A DNA stretch of 64,000 bases from NCBI GenBank assembly GCA_963706025.1, contig CAVPLM010000005.1:288001-352000 (forward strand), given 5' to 3'. How positions within the stretch are numbered: position 1 is the first letter of the stretch; every line of letters begins with the position of its first letter. A program made the translations under genes and the position numbers. The stretch comes from an uncultured Actinomycetes bacterium. Its GTDB lineage: Bacteria; Actinomycetota; Thermoleophilia; RBG-16-64-13. The notes beneath the pieces were generated by a model that made no database searches, was not told where the DNA came from, and was given only the letters and a program-made list of their open reading frames with translations. Positions 8,050 through 18,635 of this stretch are shown here, piece after piece.

Positions 8050-8746
8050 TATCCAGCCCCAGTGCCGCCTCCACCTGTCCATACGGGAGCGCGCGTAACG
8101 GCGAAAGCGCCCATCCAAAGACGCGCGGTAGCGCCTCCAGGTAGAGCGCCTTGAGGAGGTCCATGGAATAGGCGCGGCCGGTTATGGCCTGCAGGCTGGT
8201 CTGGCGCAATCCGGGTTCTCCACAGGATACGATCAGGTCGAAGAGACTGAGATCGATGCTGACGTTGAGGGACGTGCCGTGGCTGGCCACCCATCTCTGG
8301 CAGCGCAGACCCACCGAGGCGATCTTTTCGCCCTCGACGTACAGTCCGGGCCGGCCCTCGCGACGATGTCCGGCCACACCCAGGCCGTCGAGCAGAAGGA
8401 GCAGGACCTCCTCGAGGTCGTGCACGAAGTTGTGCAGGTCTCCGCCAGGGATGGGCACGATGAGGTAGCTGACCAGCTGCCCGGGGGCATGTAGGGTGGC
8501 CTGGCCGCCTCTCTCCGAAGCGAGCACTGGGATCCCCAGGCTCCGGACGCGCTCGAGGTCAGACAGATCGCTACGCGCACCCCGGCTGCCCAGGGTGATC
8601 ACAGGCTGGTGCTCGAGAAGGAGGATCACACCGGGCAAAGCCTGCCCGGCCACGGCTCTGCGCAGGCGGGCCTGCAGCTCCTGGACCGGACCGTACGGCG
8701 CTATCCCGAGGTCGAAGGTGGCAAGCGGGCCTGCGGGCCACCCCAT
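7988..8746 (-). CDS. lipB: Lipoyl(octanoyl) transferase LipB (start uncertain, up to 8839)
   Basis: LLEHQPVITLG, RGGQATLHAPGQLVSY, KIASVG, HGTSLNV, IVSCG. Confidence 0.9.
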   Translation of the reverse strand: MGWPAGPLATFDLGIAPYGPVQELQARLRRAVAGQALPGVILLLEHQPVITLGSRGARSDLSDLERVRSLGIPVLASERGGQATLHAPGQLVSYLIVPIPGGDLHNFVHDLEEVLLLLLDGLGVAGHRREGRPGLYVEGEKIASVGLRCQRWVASHGTSLNVSIDLSLFDLIVSCGEPGLRQTSLQAITGRAYSMDLLKALYLEALPRVFGWALSPLRALPYGQVEAALGLDMPTAGFEPAAPGSGGQCSIP

Positions 8747-8923
8747 AGCTGGCTCGTCGATCGGAACGCTCGTGCCTGACCTCCCTAATCCCAACGGCCC
8801 TTGAGCCACGCCGCCCGGGTATGAGAGACTCAAACCCAAGCGGTCAAGAGAACTACGCGGTCAAGATACAGCACGGACGGCGGGCGGATCGGCGCCTGCG
8901 CATGCCGGGATGCGGGAGGATCG

Positions 8924-9148
8924 GTGTCAAAGAAGAAATATGACCCTCTGTGGACGATCGTCGATGAGAAGATCGCTCTGCAAGGCGGGGAGCCGGACGT
9001 CGACGCCCGCTGCCCCTATTGCCATGTGGTGGTGCACGTGGGGCTCCAAGCAAAGGCAGGGGAGCGCTACGAGTGCGGACTTTGCGGCGGGACCTCCACG
9101 GTCGCCGAAGAGCAGGGAACGGTCACTCTCACCCGGGTCGTTCGCTGA
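8924..9148 (+). CDS. Small zinc-ribbon protein
   Basis: RBS GGGAGG, GTG start; CPYC...CGLC. Confidence 0.7.
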   Translation: MSKKKYDPLWTIVDEKIALQGGEPDVDARCPYCHVVVHVGLQAKAGERYECGLCGGTSTVAEEQGTVTLTRVVR

Positions 9149-9182
9149 CCCACCGGTCAGGAGCCCCGGTCGATCTCACCGG

Positions 9183-10277
9183 TCAGTAACGGACTACAGG
9201 ACGCCCGAGGTCGTCCCGCAACTTGCCGAGCTTGGCCGGCAATTCGGCCGGCGCCGAGACGGTGGTGGGGTCGCCATCCGAGACGTAGCGTAGCTCCGGG
9301 TTCTCCTTGAGATACTGGATCGCCTCGCCTAGGTAGGGATCGCTGCCCCTGACCCGCGGGATGTGAAGGGGCCTGAAGGCCGAGGAGAAGGGGGAGGCCG
9401 AGGGAGTCGTCCCCAAGGCAAGGCCGGCGTTGTATTCGTATGAAGTGCCTTCGTATTCCCCGCTCGCGATGAGGCTTTCTTCCTCCGGGTACTCCCCGAA
9501 GGGGATGGACAGGGTGGTGACCGCGTAGCCGCCGCCGATAAGGTCTTCGAGGGTGGCCTGGGACTCGGCCAGTTGCTTGGTGGCTTCCCCGGTGGAGGCC
9601 TCCTTGAGATTCAGGTGGGTGACGGTATGGCTGCCCACCTCATAGCCCCACTCGATCAGATTGCGCAACTTCTCCTGTTGCCGTTCGGGCTGTCCGAAGA
9701 GCTCGCGCTCCTTGGGGACCACGTCCAGAAGAGGGAAGAACGAGGCGCGGGAAGCCCAGTCCCCTTCCTCGACCGCCGCCTGCAGAATCCCCACCGCAGA
9801 GTCCGGATCGACGCTACCGTCGTCGAGGATGCGGTACTGCCCGGGGCTGGAATCGTCGAAGGTGATGAGTACCGGGGACTTCCCCGCGGGGATGTCGATG
9901 TTGCCGGAAGCGAGGTCACGCGCGTTGATGGGATAGTAGCCCTCCGACTTGAGCAGGGCGATATCCTCCCGGAAGTGCTCGGGAGTCCGTGTCCAGTCCG
10001 CCTCCTCGGAGTCGATCAAGTGATACATCACCACCAAGACCTGGCCCATCTCGTTGGCTCCGATGGCCTTGGCTTGCTCGGCGGTCATGGGCTCGGACGA
10101 GCCGGACGCCAGGGACGACTCGGAAGAGAGATCGGACGAGCCGTCTTCGCTCTGGGCGGCGGCTTTGGGAGTGGCCGCTCCAGGCGGACCGCCGAACGCC
10201 AGCCCGGAAACCAGGCCGACGACCGCCCCGATGGCAAAAGCGAACATAAGGAACCGAAAGACCCTACGTGTGCGCAT
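9183..10277 (-). CDS. Secreted/membrane-anchored polysaccharide deacetylase (NodB-like)
   Basis: N-terminal TM; VMYH, ITFDDS, GSHTVTH motifs. Confidence 0.85.
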   Translation of the reverse strand: MRTRRVFRFLMFAFAIGAVVGLVSGLAFGGPPGAATPKAAAQSEDGSSDLSSESSLASGSSEPMTAEQAKAIGANEMGQVLVVMYHLIDSEEADWTRTPEHFREDIALLKSEGYYPINARDLASGNIDIPAGKSPVLITFDDSSPGQYRILDDGSVDPDSAVGILQAAVEEGDWASRASFFPLLDVVPKERELFGQPERQQEKLRNLIEWGYEVGSHTVTHLNLKEASTGEATKQLAESQATLEDLIGGGYAVTTLSIPFGEYPEEESLIASGEYEGTSYEYNAGLALGTTPSASPFSSAFRPLHIPRVRGSDPYLGEAIQYLKENPELRYVSDGDPTTVSAPAELPAKLGKLRDDLGRPVVRY

Positions 10278-10321
10278 AACGGCCCAAGTTTACCAGAGAC
10301 CTCTGGTAGAATACCCGGACC

Positions 10322-11570
10322 ATGGCCCAGACGCGCTCTTCCAGAGATCATCGCCGCCCCCGCCCATCGCGGCGGCGCAAGGGAGCAGGTCTCCGTCTGG
10401 CCTTCATCGCGCTCATGGGCGCGGCAGTGTTCGCCGGTGGGTTCATCCTCCTGTGGTCTGCGGGAAGCTGGGTCGTCGGTGGTGGCGGGTTCCCTGGGGG
10501 CGGAGAGGAGACCACGGCGACTGCGGCAGTCGCCGTGCCGGTGCAGACCGACTATGCGGTCGAACCTCTGGTGGATCCGCGGGTATTTCGAGATCTCTCG
10601 TACGTTCCGGTCAAGGGCGTCTACATGACCAGCTATGCGGCCGGCTCCTCCGAAAAACTCGAGAGCATGATCGGGCTGGCGGATCGCACCGAGATAAACG
10701 CTTTCGTCATCGATGTCAAGGAGGACCTCGGTCTGGTGACCTACGAAGCCGATGTCGCCTTGGCCAAGGAGCTGGACCTGATCGACCCCCGCATCGACGA
10801 TATCGACGCCCTCATCGCGACACTCCGGGAACATAGGATCACCCCTATCGCTCGGCTGGTCTGTTTCAAGGACACCACTCTGGCCACCAAGCGGCCGGAT
10901 CTGGCAGTCAAGAGCAAGAAGGGGGGCATCTGGGAGGACTACAAGGGGCTCAACTACACGAATCCCTATAGCCATGAGGTGTGGGAGTACCTCGTCCAGG
11001 TAGGCTGAGGATGCCGCGCGTCACGGGTTCAGGGAGATCCAGTTCGACTACGTCCGCTTCCCCAGCGACGGCCCCATATCCGAGGCCGTCTACCCCGGTA
11101 AGTATTGTGAGAAAGAGGATGCTATAGCCGGGTTCCTGGCGTATGCCCGGCAGCGCTTGGAGAAGCTGGGCGCGTGGGTGTCCGCCGACGTGTTCGGGCT
11201 GACCGTCCATGTCAACGATGATATGGGGATAGGTCAGCGGATCGAGAAGATCAGCCAGAACGTCGACATCGTCTGTCCCATGGTCTACCCCTCCCACTAC
11301 GAGGCCGGTTCCTACGGGATCGACAGTCCCAACGCTAACCCGTACGACACCATCACGGCCGCCATGAAGGACACCACGAAGCGGCTGGCCGGCACGGGCG
11401 CCAAGGGCCGGCCGTGGCTCCAGGATTTCTCTCTCCGGGGCGTCACCTATGGGGTGGCCGAAGTGAAGAAGCAGATCAAGGCGGCGGAGGACCAGGGCTT
11501 CAACGAATGGATCCTGTGGGACCCGTCGCTGAAGTACATGGAAGGGGCTCTGAGGCTCCAGGAGAGCTGA
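10322..11570 (+). CDS. Putative glycoside hydrolase (DUF4015-like), split by +1 frameshift near 11003
   Basis: KGVY, NAFVIDVK, IARLVCFKD, then in the next frame AEDAARHGFREIQFDYVRFP, SADVFG, PMVYPSH, RPWLQDF. Confidence 0.8.
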
Positions 11571-11601
11571 TCCGGCGGCCGCTCTCCCACGGGCGCGGAC
11601 T

Positions 11602-13350
11602 CTACTCGACCAAGACGGGGACCACGCTCTGGGCCTCGACGTCCAAGATCCCTCCCAACGTTATCCGCAGGCGGGGGATCACGCTCAAGCTTATGAAGCT
11701 GAGCGCCATGAACGGTTCCTCGAGCTCCACTCCCAGTGCGGCGGCCGCCGATTCGAGAGCTCGGAGCCGAGCGCCCACCGTCGCGACCGGAAGATCGGCC
11801 ATCAGCCCGGCCAACGGCAGAGGCAGAGTCTGCACGTTTCCCCCTTCGGCCACGGCCAGTCCGCCGCCGGAAGAAGCCACTGCTCTCGCGGCGGTGAGCA
11901 TGTCGCGAGGATCGATCCCGGTCACGAGCAAGTGGTGGGCGTCGTGCGCGATGGTGGTGGCGATCGCTCCCCGGCGCAGCCCCAGACCGCTGACGAGGCC
12001 GCGGCCCATCCTGCCCGTCTTCCGATCGCGCTCCAGGAGGGCGACCAGGGCGATGTCGTCGTTCGGGGCCGCCTGAAGGCGACCGTGGCGCGCGTGCAGC
12101 CTGACCACCCGCTCGGTGGTCGGCAAGGAGCGAGGAACCAGGTTGATGGCGCGGGCCCAGTGCGGGCCATCGGCCGCGGGAGGAGCCAGGTCTTCCGCTC
12201 GCGAGAGGGCGACCTCGAACGTAGACGCAGGTAGGGGCGGTGTGGCCGGCAGAGGAATGGTCAAGCGCCCATCGCGGGCGACCACCCTGCCGGCCTGGAT
12301 GACCACGCGGGGGTGCGGGAACGAGGGGTCGTCCACTACCAGCAGGTCGGCCCGTAGACCGGGAGTGACGCTGCCCCGGTCGTACAGACGGTAGAGCGTG
12401 GCCGGATTGACGGTGACCGCGCGCAGTGCGTCGAGGGGGGCGACGCCACCCCGGATCAGGGCGGCCACCACTCCGTCGAGGTGATGGTGCTCGGCGAGGG
12501 CAGCCGCATTGCGGTCGTCGGTGCACAGCGCCGTGCGCTCGGTGCCGTACGCGACCAGGAAGGGCAGGGAGCGCTCGAGATCCCGCGCGGCCGAGCCCTC
12601 CCGTATGAGCGTCCACATGCCCAAGCGCCGGCGCTCGAGCAGCAGTTCCGGGTCGGACGTCTCGTGATCGGTATTGGGCCCGGCGGCAAGATACGCGGCG
12701 AGCTCGCGACCGGACACGTCGGGGGCGTGGCCGTCCAGCACCGTCTGGCCGAAAAGGGTCGAAGGCAGACCGGAGCCGGCGCCGTTTATGACGCCCTTAT
12801 AGTCCATCGCCTCGCCCAAGCCGCTCACCCCTTCTCGAGTGAGGAAGGAAGCGATCGCCGCGGGATCGAGGCTGCCGTGGGCCTGTTCAAAGGGCGATGC
12901 GGGGACGGTGGTGGGTATCATGAGCCGCAGATCGAGGGGAAGACCACGACGGGCTTGAAGGTAGAATTCGATGCCCGCCGCGCCCAGTAGGTTGACGATC
13001 TCGTGCGGTTCGGCCAGGGCGGTGGTGATCCCGTGCACCGCGAGCGCCTCGGCGAAGCGGGGCGGGGAGAGCAGTGAGGTCTCGGGATGGACGTGGGCGT
13101 CGATGAAGCCGGGCAGTATGTAGGAACCGGCTGCGTCGATCACCCGGTCGGGGCCCGTCTCTCCCCGGGCGTCGGTGCGGGTGGTGGGGTTGGGATAATC
13201 ACCTACTCCGGCGATGAGGGAACCGCACAGGACGACATCCGCCGGAATGAACTCCCCGGTGAAGGGCGAGAAGACCCTGCCATTCTCGATCAGCAGAGTA
13301 GGCGGATCGAGGCCCAGAGCCACTCGGCGGCAGTGTTCACGCTGGTCCAT
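11602..13350 (-). CDS. ade: Adenine deaminase
   Basis: PGFIDAHVHPE, EPHEIVN, GEAMD, DGHAP, DHE, IREGS, CTDD, AHDAHH; start taken at MDQREH. Confidence 0.9.
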   Translation of the reverse strand: MDQREHCRRVALGLDPPTLLIENGRVFSPFTGEFIPADVVLCGSLIAGVGDYPNPTTRTDARGETGPDRVIDAAGSYILPGFIDAHVHPETSLLSPPRFAEALAVHGITTALAEPHEIVNLLGAAGIEFYLQARRGLPLDLRLMIPTTVPASPFEQAHGSLDPAAIASFLTREGVSGLGEAMDYKGVINGAGSGLPSTLFGQTVLDGHAPDVSGRELAAYLAAGPNTDHETSDPELLLERRRLGMWTLIREGSAARDLERSLPFLVAYGTERTALCTDDRNAAALAEHHHLDGVVAALIRGGVAPLDALRAVTVNPATLYRLYDRGSVTPGLRADLLVVDDPSFPHPRVVIQAGRVVARDGRLTIPLPATPPLPASTFEVALSRAEDLAPPAADGPHWARAINLVPRSLPTTERVVRLHARHGRLQAAPNDDIALVALLERDRKTGRMGRGLVSGLGLRRGAIATTIAHDAHHLLVTGIDPRDMLTAARAVASSGGGLAVAEGGNVQTLPLPLAGLMADLPVATVGARLRALESAAAALGVELEEPFMALSFISLSVIPRLRITLGGILDVEAQSVVPVLVE

Positions 13351-13518
13351 CGTCTGCTTATTCCCCTCGAGCCCGGGTTCGAAGCTTGAACTCACAATGT
13401 CGTTTTGGTGGGCGTTTGTTCGCGCGGTCGCGACGACGGTAGAATATGCGTCTGTTCGTCCGGTCAAAGACCAGACGCGCTAGAGGCCGCTCCTGAATCC
13501 GTTTCACTGGGGGTCCCG

Positions 13519-13929
13519 ATGAGCATCACTCAGCTTTCGGTTTTTGTGGAGAACAGGACCGGCCACCTTGCCGACGCGCTGGGTACGTTGGCCGACGGTG
13601 GAGTGAACGTGCTTGCCTTCGCCATCGCCGACACCACAGACTATGGCATTCTCCGTCTGGTGGTCGACAGAGTGGAGTTGGCCAAGGGACTCCTGAAGGC
13701 GGCCGACTATGCGGTGGTGGAACACGAGGTGGTTTGCACGGTCATACCCGACGAGCCGGGCGTGCTGGCCGCTATCGCCCGCTTGGTGGCGGAATCGGGG
13801 CTGGACATCGAGTACATCTATCTGGGGGCGCGGCATTCCCTGCTCTTGAAGGCGGAGGAGTACCGGCGGCTGGAAGAGCTTCTGGTGGCGAAGGGCCTGC
13901 GGGTGCTGGGGCCCGGCGACCAACTCTAG
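13519..13929 (+). CDS. Tandem ACT-domain protein
   Basis: QLSVFVENRTGHLA...IADTTDYGILRL...DEPGVLA. Confidence 0.9.
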   Translation: MSITQLSVFVENRTGHLADALGTLADGGVNVLAFAIADTTDYGILRLVVDRVELAKGLLKAADYAVVEHEVVCTVIPDEPGVLAAIARLVAESGLDIEYIYLGARHSLLLKAEEYRRLEELLVAKGLRVLGPGDQL

Positions 13930-13989
13930 GTTGGAACGAGGTCGGCGAGACATGGATGGGATGAGGGCGGACAGGGGTCGGGCTCGACC

Positions 13990-14868
13990 GTGAGTTTCGA
14001 CCAATTCGTCCAGTACATCTTCAGCGGCATCACCAGCGGCAGCATCTATGCGCTCACGGCCTTGGGCTTCACCCTGATCTTCAACGCCACCCAGATCATC
14101 AATTTCGCCCAGGGTCAATTGGTCATGCTCGGCGGGATGTCGGCGGTGGCTCTCTACGGAGCGGGTCTGCCGCTGTGGGCGTGCTTCGTCGTCGCGGTGG
14201 CGGTCGTGACGGGAGTCACCGTGGGTTTCGAACAGATCGCCATCAGGCCGCTGCTCAAGAAAGGCGTTCTGGCTCAGATCATCGCCACGGTCGGGGCGTC
14301 GTTCGTGTTCGCGACGGTCGCCATGCTCATATGGGGCAGAGACGCCGTGGCTCTACCCCCGTTTTCAGGGGACGACCCCATCAGTGTGGGTGGGGCGACC
14401 ATCATCCCGCAGACACTGTGGGTCGTGGGGTTGACCGTCGTGATCGTCATCGCCCTCCAGATCTTCTATCGCAGGACCCTGTTCGGCAAGGCTGTGCGGG
14501 CCTGCGCCATCAATCCCACCTCGGCCAGGATGCAGGGAATCTCCTACAGCCGGGTGGTCATGTTCAGCTTCGCTCTGAGTGGGGCCATATCCGCTGCCGC
14601 AGGCGTGATGATCACCCCCATCAGTTTCATGAGCTACTCCTCCGGAGCGCTCCTGGGGCTGAAAGGCTTCGCGGCCGCCACCCTGGGGGGGCTGGGAAGC
14701 CCGGTAGGCGCCGTGGCCGGGGGCTTCATGCTGGGCATCGTGGAGGCGCTGGGTGTGGGAGTGGTGTCGGCCGGCTACAAGGACGCGATCTCCTTCGTCA
14801 TCCTGCTCCTGGTGCTGTTCCTGCGCCCGGCCGGGCTGCTAGGCGCGCGGGTGGTGAGTAGGCAATGA
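13990..14868 (+). CDS. livH: LIV-type ABC transporter permease
   Basis: GSIYALTALGFTLIF, INFAQG, LKGFAAATLGGLG. Confidence 0.9.
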   Translation: MSFDQFVQYIFSGITSGSIYALTALGFTLIFNATQIINFAQGQLVMLGGMSAVALYGAGLPLWACFVVAVAVVTGVTVGFEQIAIRPLLKKGVLAQIIATVGASFVFATVAMLIWGRDAVALPPFSGDDPISVGGATIIPQTLWVVGLTVVIVIALQIFYRRTLFGKAVRACAINPTSARMQGISYSRVVMFSFALSGAISAAAGVMITPISFMSYSSGALLGLKGFAAATLGGLGSPVGAVAGGFMLGIVEALGVGVVSAGYKDAISFVILLLVLFLRPAGLLGARVVSRQ

Positions 14869-15875
14869 GCGCCGCCGCCGCGTTCGCTCGCAGGCACACC
14901 GGCTATCTGGTCTTCGTGGTGGTGGTCATGACCATCCCGCTGTACCTGAGCGACACCTACTACCTATCCGTGCTCGCCTTCATGGCCACCCGCTTCATGA
15001 TGGTCCTGGGGCTCAGCCTTCTCCTCGGACAGGCCGGTCAGATCTCCCTGGGGCAGGCCGCTTTCGTGGGCGTAGGGGCCTACGGTGCGGCGATCTTGAC
15101 CACGAAACTCGGATTCAATCCGTGGCTGGCGATGGCTCTGGCGGCCATCCTGGCGGCCGCGATCGCCGGCCTGGTGGGTATACCGACCCTGAGGCTGAAG
15201 GGGTACTACCTGGCTATGGCCACGCTGGGCATCAACGAGATCATCTACATCTTGCTGGTGCAGCTCAAGAGTCTCACCAACGGTACCGACGGGGTCACCG
15301 GCATACCCTCGCTCTCCATCGGAGGACTCGAGCTGGGCATGGGTACACCCAAGGCCTACCATCTGGTCGTATGGGGCGTCGCTCTCCTGATGTTCCGGCT
15401 CGCCTTGAACCTCTCGAGCTCAAGGGTCGGCCGTTCGCTTCGCGCCCTGCACAAGTCGGAGCCGGCGGCGGAGTCCCTGGGGGTGGACACTTCCTACCGC
15501 AAGGTCCAGGTCTTCATGCTGGCCGCGGTGTTCGCGAGCATCGCCGGTAGCTTCGACGCCTACTATGTCCGCTACATCAGCCCCGATGGGTATACCATCA
15601 CCTTCTCCATCATCCTCATCACCGGGGTGATCATCGGCGGATTGCGTAGCATGTGGGGGGCTCTGTGGGGGACGCTGGTCATAGTGATACTGCCCGAAGT
15701 GCTCAAACGGGTGAACGAGGACATCACCAATCTGGTCTTCGGCGTCCTGTTGATAGCCATCATGATCTTCTGGCAGGATCGCAGCCAGGGGGTGTTGCAG
15801 CTGGTGCGTGAGTGGAGGACGAAAGGCGGGCGAGATGAGGTCACCCCGCCCGGCGACGAGGAGCGAGGTCCCTGA
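14865..15875 (+). CDS. livM: LIV-type ABC transporter permease
   Basis: GQAGQISLGQAAF, LRLKGYYLAMATL. Confidence 0.9.
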   Translation: MSAAAAFARRHTGYLVFVVVVMTIPLYLSDTYYLSVLAFMATRFMMVLGLSLLLGQAGQISLGQAAFVGVGAYGAAILTTKLGFNPWLAMALAAILAAAIAGLVGIPTLRLKGYYLAMATLGINEIIYILLVQLKSLTNGTDGVTGIPSLSIGGLELGMGTPKAYHLVVWGVALLMFRLALNLSSSRVGRSLRALHKSEPAAESLGVDTSYRKVQVFMLAAVFASIAGSFDAYYVRYISPDGYTITFSIILITGVIIGGLRSMWGALWGTLVIVILPEVLKRVNEDITNLVFGVLLIAIMIFWQDRSQGVLQLVREWRTKGGRDEVTPPGDEERGP

Positions 15876-16639
15876 TGGCACTTCTGAGCGTGGAGAACGT
15901 GTCTAAGAGATTCGGCGGGCTCGATGCCCTCAAGGACGTCACGTTCGCGGTGCATCAAGGGCAGATCAAGGCGCTGATCGGCCCGAACGGGGCGGGGAAG
16001 ACCACGCTCTTCAATCTGGTATCGGGATCGTATCGGCCCAGCGCGGGCCGGGTGCTCTTCGCGGGTGTCGACCTGGCCGGCAAACCCCCGCACCGCATAT
16101 GCCGGATGGGCGTGGGGCGGACCTTCCAGCAGAGCCTGGTCTTCGAAGAGATGAGCGTGGTGGATAATGTGGCGGTGGGACGCTACGTGCGTACCAAGGC
16201 CGGGGTCCTGGCGGCCGGGCTCACGCTGCCCGTCCACCGGCGTGAGGAAGGGGAGACCATGAAAGCGGCCCACGAGGCGCTGCGCCGGGTGGGCCTGGAT
16301 CATAGGGCGCTGGAGCCGGCGGAGAACCTTCCCATGGGGGAGCGGCACCTGCTGGAGATAGCGCGGTCGCTCGCCTCGGAGCCGCAGCTCCTGCTGTTGG
16401 ACGAACCGGCAGCGGGGCTTAACGACGAGGAGACGGCTCGATTGGCCGACACGGTGAGGAAGATAAGGGACGAAGGAGTGACGGTCCTGCTGGTAGAGCA
16501 CGACATGACCTTCGTCATGGACATATCTGACGAGGTGGTGGTCCTCGACTACGGGCGTAAGATCGCCGAGGGCCCGCCACTGATGATCCAGGACAACGAG
16601 GAAGTGATAAAGGCGTATCTGGGAGAGGAGTTGGGGTGA
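15875..16639 (+). CDS. livG: LIV-type ABC transporter ATPase
   Basis: GPNGAGKTT, LLLDEPAAG, VEHDM, AYLG. Confidence 0.9.
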   Translation: MALLSVENVSKRFGGLDALKDVTFAVHQGQIKALIGPNGAGKTTLFNLVSGSYRPSAGRVLFAGVDLAGKPPHRICRMGVGRTFQQSLVFEEMSVVDNVAVGRYVRTKAGVLAAGLTLPVHRREEGETMKAAHEALRRVGLDHRALEPAENLPMGERHLLEIARSLASEPQLLLLDEPAAGLNDEETARLADTVRKIRDEGVTVLLVEHDMTFVMDISDEVVVLDYGRKIAEGPPLMIQDNEEVIKAYLGEELG

Positions 16640-17871
16640 TGAAAGGTATCAGGAAGAAGTCGGGTTGGATCGTGCTGTTGTGTGTCCTGGGCTTGTTGGC
16701 CGCCGTCTTGGCGACCGGCTGCGGGGGTGAAGAGGCAGCGACTACTACTGCGCCATCCGGGGGATCGTCGACCTCCGCCGTCGCGCAGCCGACCGGGGAT
16801 CCGGTGGTGCTGGGCGCGATCGTCTCGGCGACAGGGCCCAACTCGGCCCTGGGCGAGCAAGAGCGCAACGTGCTCCAGATGATGGAGACCCAGGTGAACT
16901 CTGAAGGCGGAGTCCTGGGAAGACCGCTCAAGATCGTCATCGAAGACGACAAGACCGATGCCAAAGAGGCGGTGACCGCGGCCAATAAGCTGATCGACCA
17001 GGACAAGGCGGTGGCGCTCATCGCGGCCACCGGCTCCGCGTCGACTCTGGCCGTGAAGGAGATAACCGCGCAGAAGGGCCTACCTCAGATGGCCATGGCC
17101 GCGGCGAACGACATCACCGGCAAGGCTCCCATGGAGTGGATCTGGCGGACTCCGCACAAGGACGCGCTGGCAGTGGCCCGCGCCCTGACCTATATCTCGG
17201 AGGTCCTGAAGGCCAAGACCGTCGCCGTGCTGCACGATGAGAACGCCTTCGGGTCTTCGGGGGCCGCGGAGATCGAAAAGACGGCGGGTGACTATGGGCT
17301 CGAGCTCGTCGCCACCGAGTCCTACAAGACCGACGACACCGATCTGACCGCCCAGTTGACCAAGATCCGGGGCGCGAACCCCGAGGTCTTGATCGTGTGG
17401 GGCACGAACCCAGGTCCGGCTTTGGCTGCCAAGAACATGGCGCAGCTGGGCATGGAGATGCCGTACGTAGGTAGCCACGGCATCGCCAACAAGAAGTTCA
17501 TCGAGTTGGCAGGCGAGGCCGCCGAGGGAGTCGTGTTCCCTGCGGGCAGGCTCCTGGTCCCCAGCTCGATAACCGATCCCGCGCAGAAGGCCGTCACCGA
17601 CGCCTTCATAGAGCAGTATGAGGCGGCATACGGCGCGTCTCCGAACACCTTCGCCGGATATGCCTTCGAGGCCGTCCTCCTGCTGGTGAACGCGATCGAG
17701 AAGGCGGGTAGCACCGACCCGGCTGCCATACAGGCCGCGCTCAACCAGACCACTAACTTCGCCGGTCCCGACGGTTTCTACAATTACTCCGCGACCGATC
17801 ACGATGGCTTGAGGGCGGAAGACATGATCATGGTCAGGATCGAGGGCGGCACCTGGGTGTTGGCCGAGTAG
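16636..17871 (+). CDS. LIV-type ABC transporter substrate-binding lipoprotein
   Basis: Lipobox ATG|C; GGVLGRPLKIVIEDD. Confidence 0.9.
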   Translation: MMKGIRKKSGWIVLLCVLGLLAAVLATGCGGEEAATTTAPSGGSSTSAVAQPTGDPVVLGAIVSATGPNSALGEQERNVLQMMETQVNSEGGVLGRPLKIVIEDDKTDAKEAVTAANKLIDQDKAVALIAATGSASTLAVKEITAQKGLPQMAMAAANDITGKAPMEWIWRTPHKDALAVARALTYISEVLKAKTVAVLHDENAFGSSGAAEIEKTAGDYGLELVATESYKTDDTDLTAQLTKIRGANPEVLIVWGTNPGPALAAKNMAQLGMEMPYVGSHGIANKKFIELAGEAAEGVVFPAGRLLVPSSITDPAQKAVTDAFIEQYEAAYGASPNTFAGYAFEAVLLLVNAIEKAGSTDPAAIQAALNQTTNFAGPDGFYNYSATDHDGLRAEDMIMVRIEGGTWVLAE

Positions 17872-17888
17872 GAGCAGGGGAGAGCGGC

Positions 17889-18635
17889 GTGCTTGAGCTT
17901 CACGGGGTGAGGGCGGGGTACGGCAGGATCGAGGTCCTGCACGGCCTCGACCTCACCGTCGGAGAGGGCGAGATCATCACCATCATCGGTGCCAACGGCT
18001 CCGGCAAGAGCACTTTGCTCAAGGCGATCTCAGGCGTGGTGCGGATCTCGGGCGGCACCGTCGGCTTCGAAGGCGAACGCATCGATGCGCTGGGGGTCGA
18101 GAAGATAGTGTCTCGGAGGCTGATACAGATCCCCGAGGGCCGGCAGCTGTTCGGTCCGCTCACGGTGGAGGAGAATCTTGAGCTGGGTTCCTATTCGCGC
18201 CGGCGGAGCGGGTCTCCGCTCAAGGCACGGCTGGGGCGCGTGTTCGCGCTGTTCCCGCGATTGGAGGAACGTCTGGCCCAGCAGGCCGGCACCCTGTCCG
18301 GAGGTGAGCAGCAGATGCTGGCGATCGCCCGGGCACTGATGGCCGAGCCGCGCCTGCTTCTGCTGGACGAGCCGTCGATGGGCCTGGCGCCGATCATGGT
18401 CCGGGACATATTCACCAGTCTGCGGAGGCTGAATGAAGAGGGTCTGACCATGGTCCTTGTGGAGCAGGACGCCCGCATCGCCCTCAGCCTGGCGGACAGA
18501 GGCCTGGTGATGGAGCGAGGCAGGTTCGTACTTGAGGATGACGCCCAGGCTCTGCTCGAGAACCCCGACGTGCGGGCGATCTACTTCGGGCAGCAACGGG
18601 CGACCGGTCTTAGGCGCGGTCTGGAGAGCACATGA
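17889..18635 (+). CDS. livF: LIV-type ABC transporter ATPase
   Basis: GANGSGKST, LSGGEQQML, LDEPSMGLAP. Confidence 0.9.
   Translation: MLELHGVRAGYGRIEVLHGLDLTVGEGEIITIIGANGSGKSTLLKAISGVVRISGGTVGFEGERIDALGVEKIVSRRLIQIPEGRQLFGPLTVEENLELGSYSRRRSGSPLKARLGRVFALFPRLEERLAQQAGTLSGGEQQMLAIARALMAEPRLLLLDEPSMGLAPIMVRDIFTSLRRLNEEGLTMVLVEQDARIALSLADRGLVMERGRFVLEDDAQALLENPDVRAIYFGQQRATGLRRGLEST

Noticed and set aside
11006-11008. In-frame TGA as possible selenocysteine or readthrough
   Set aside because: Homology continues in a different frame, so it is a frameshift.
13351-13518. Purine riboswitch upstream of adenine deaminase
   Set aside because: No purine aptamer core motifs recognisable.
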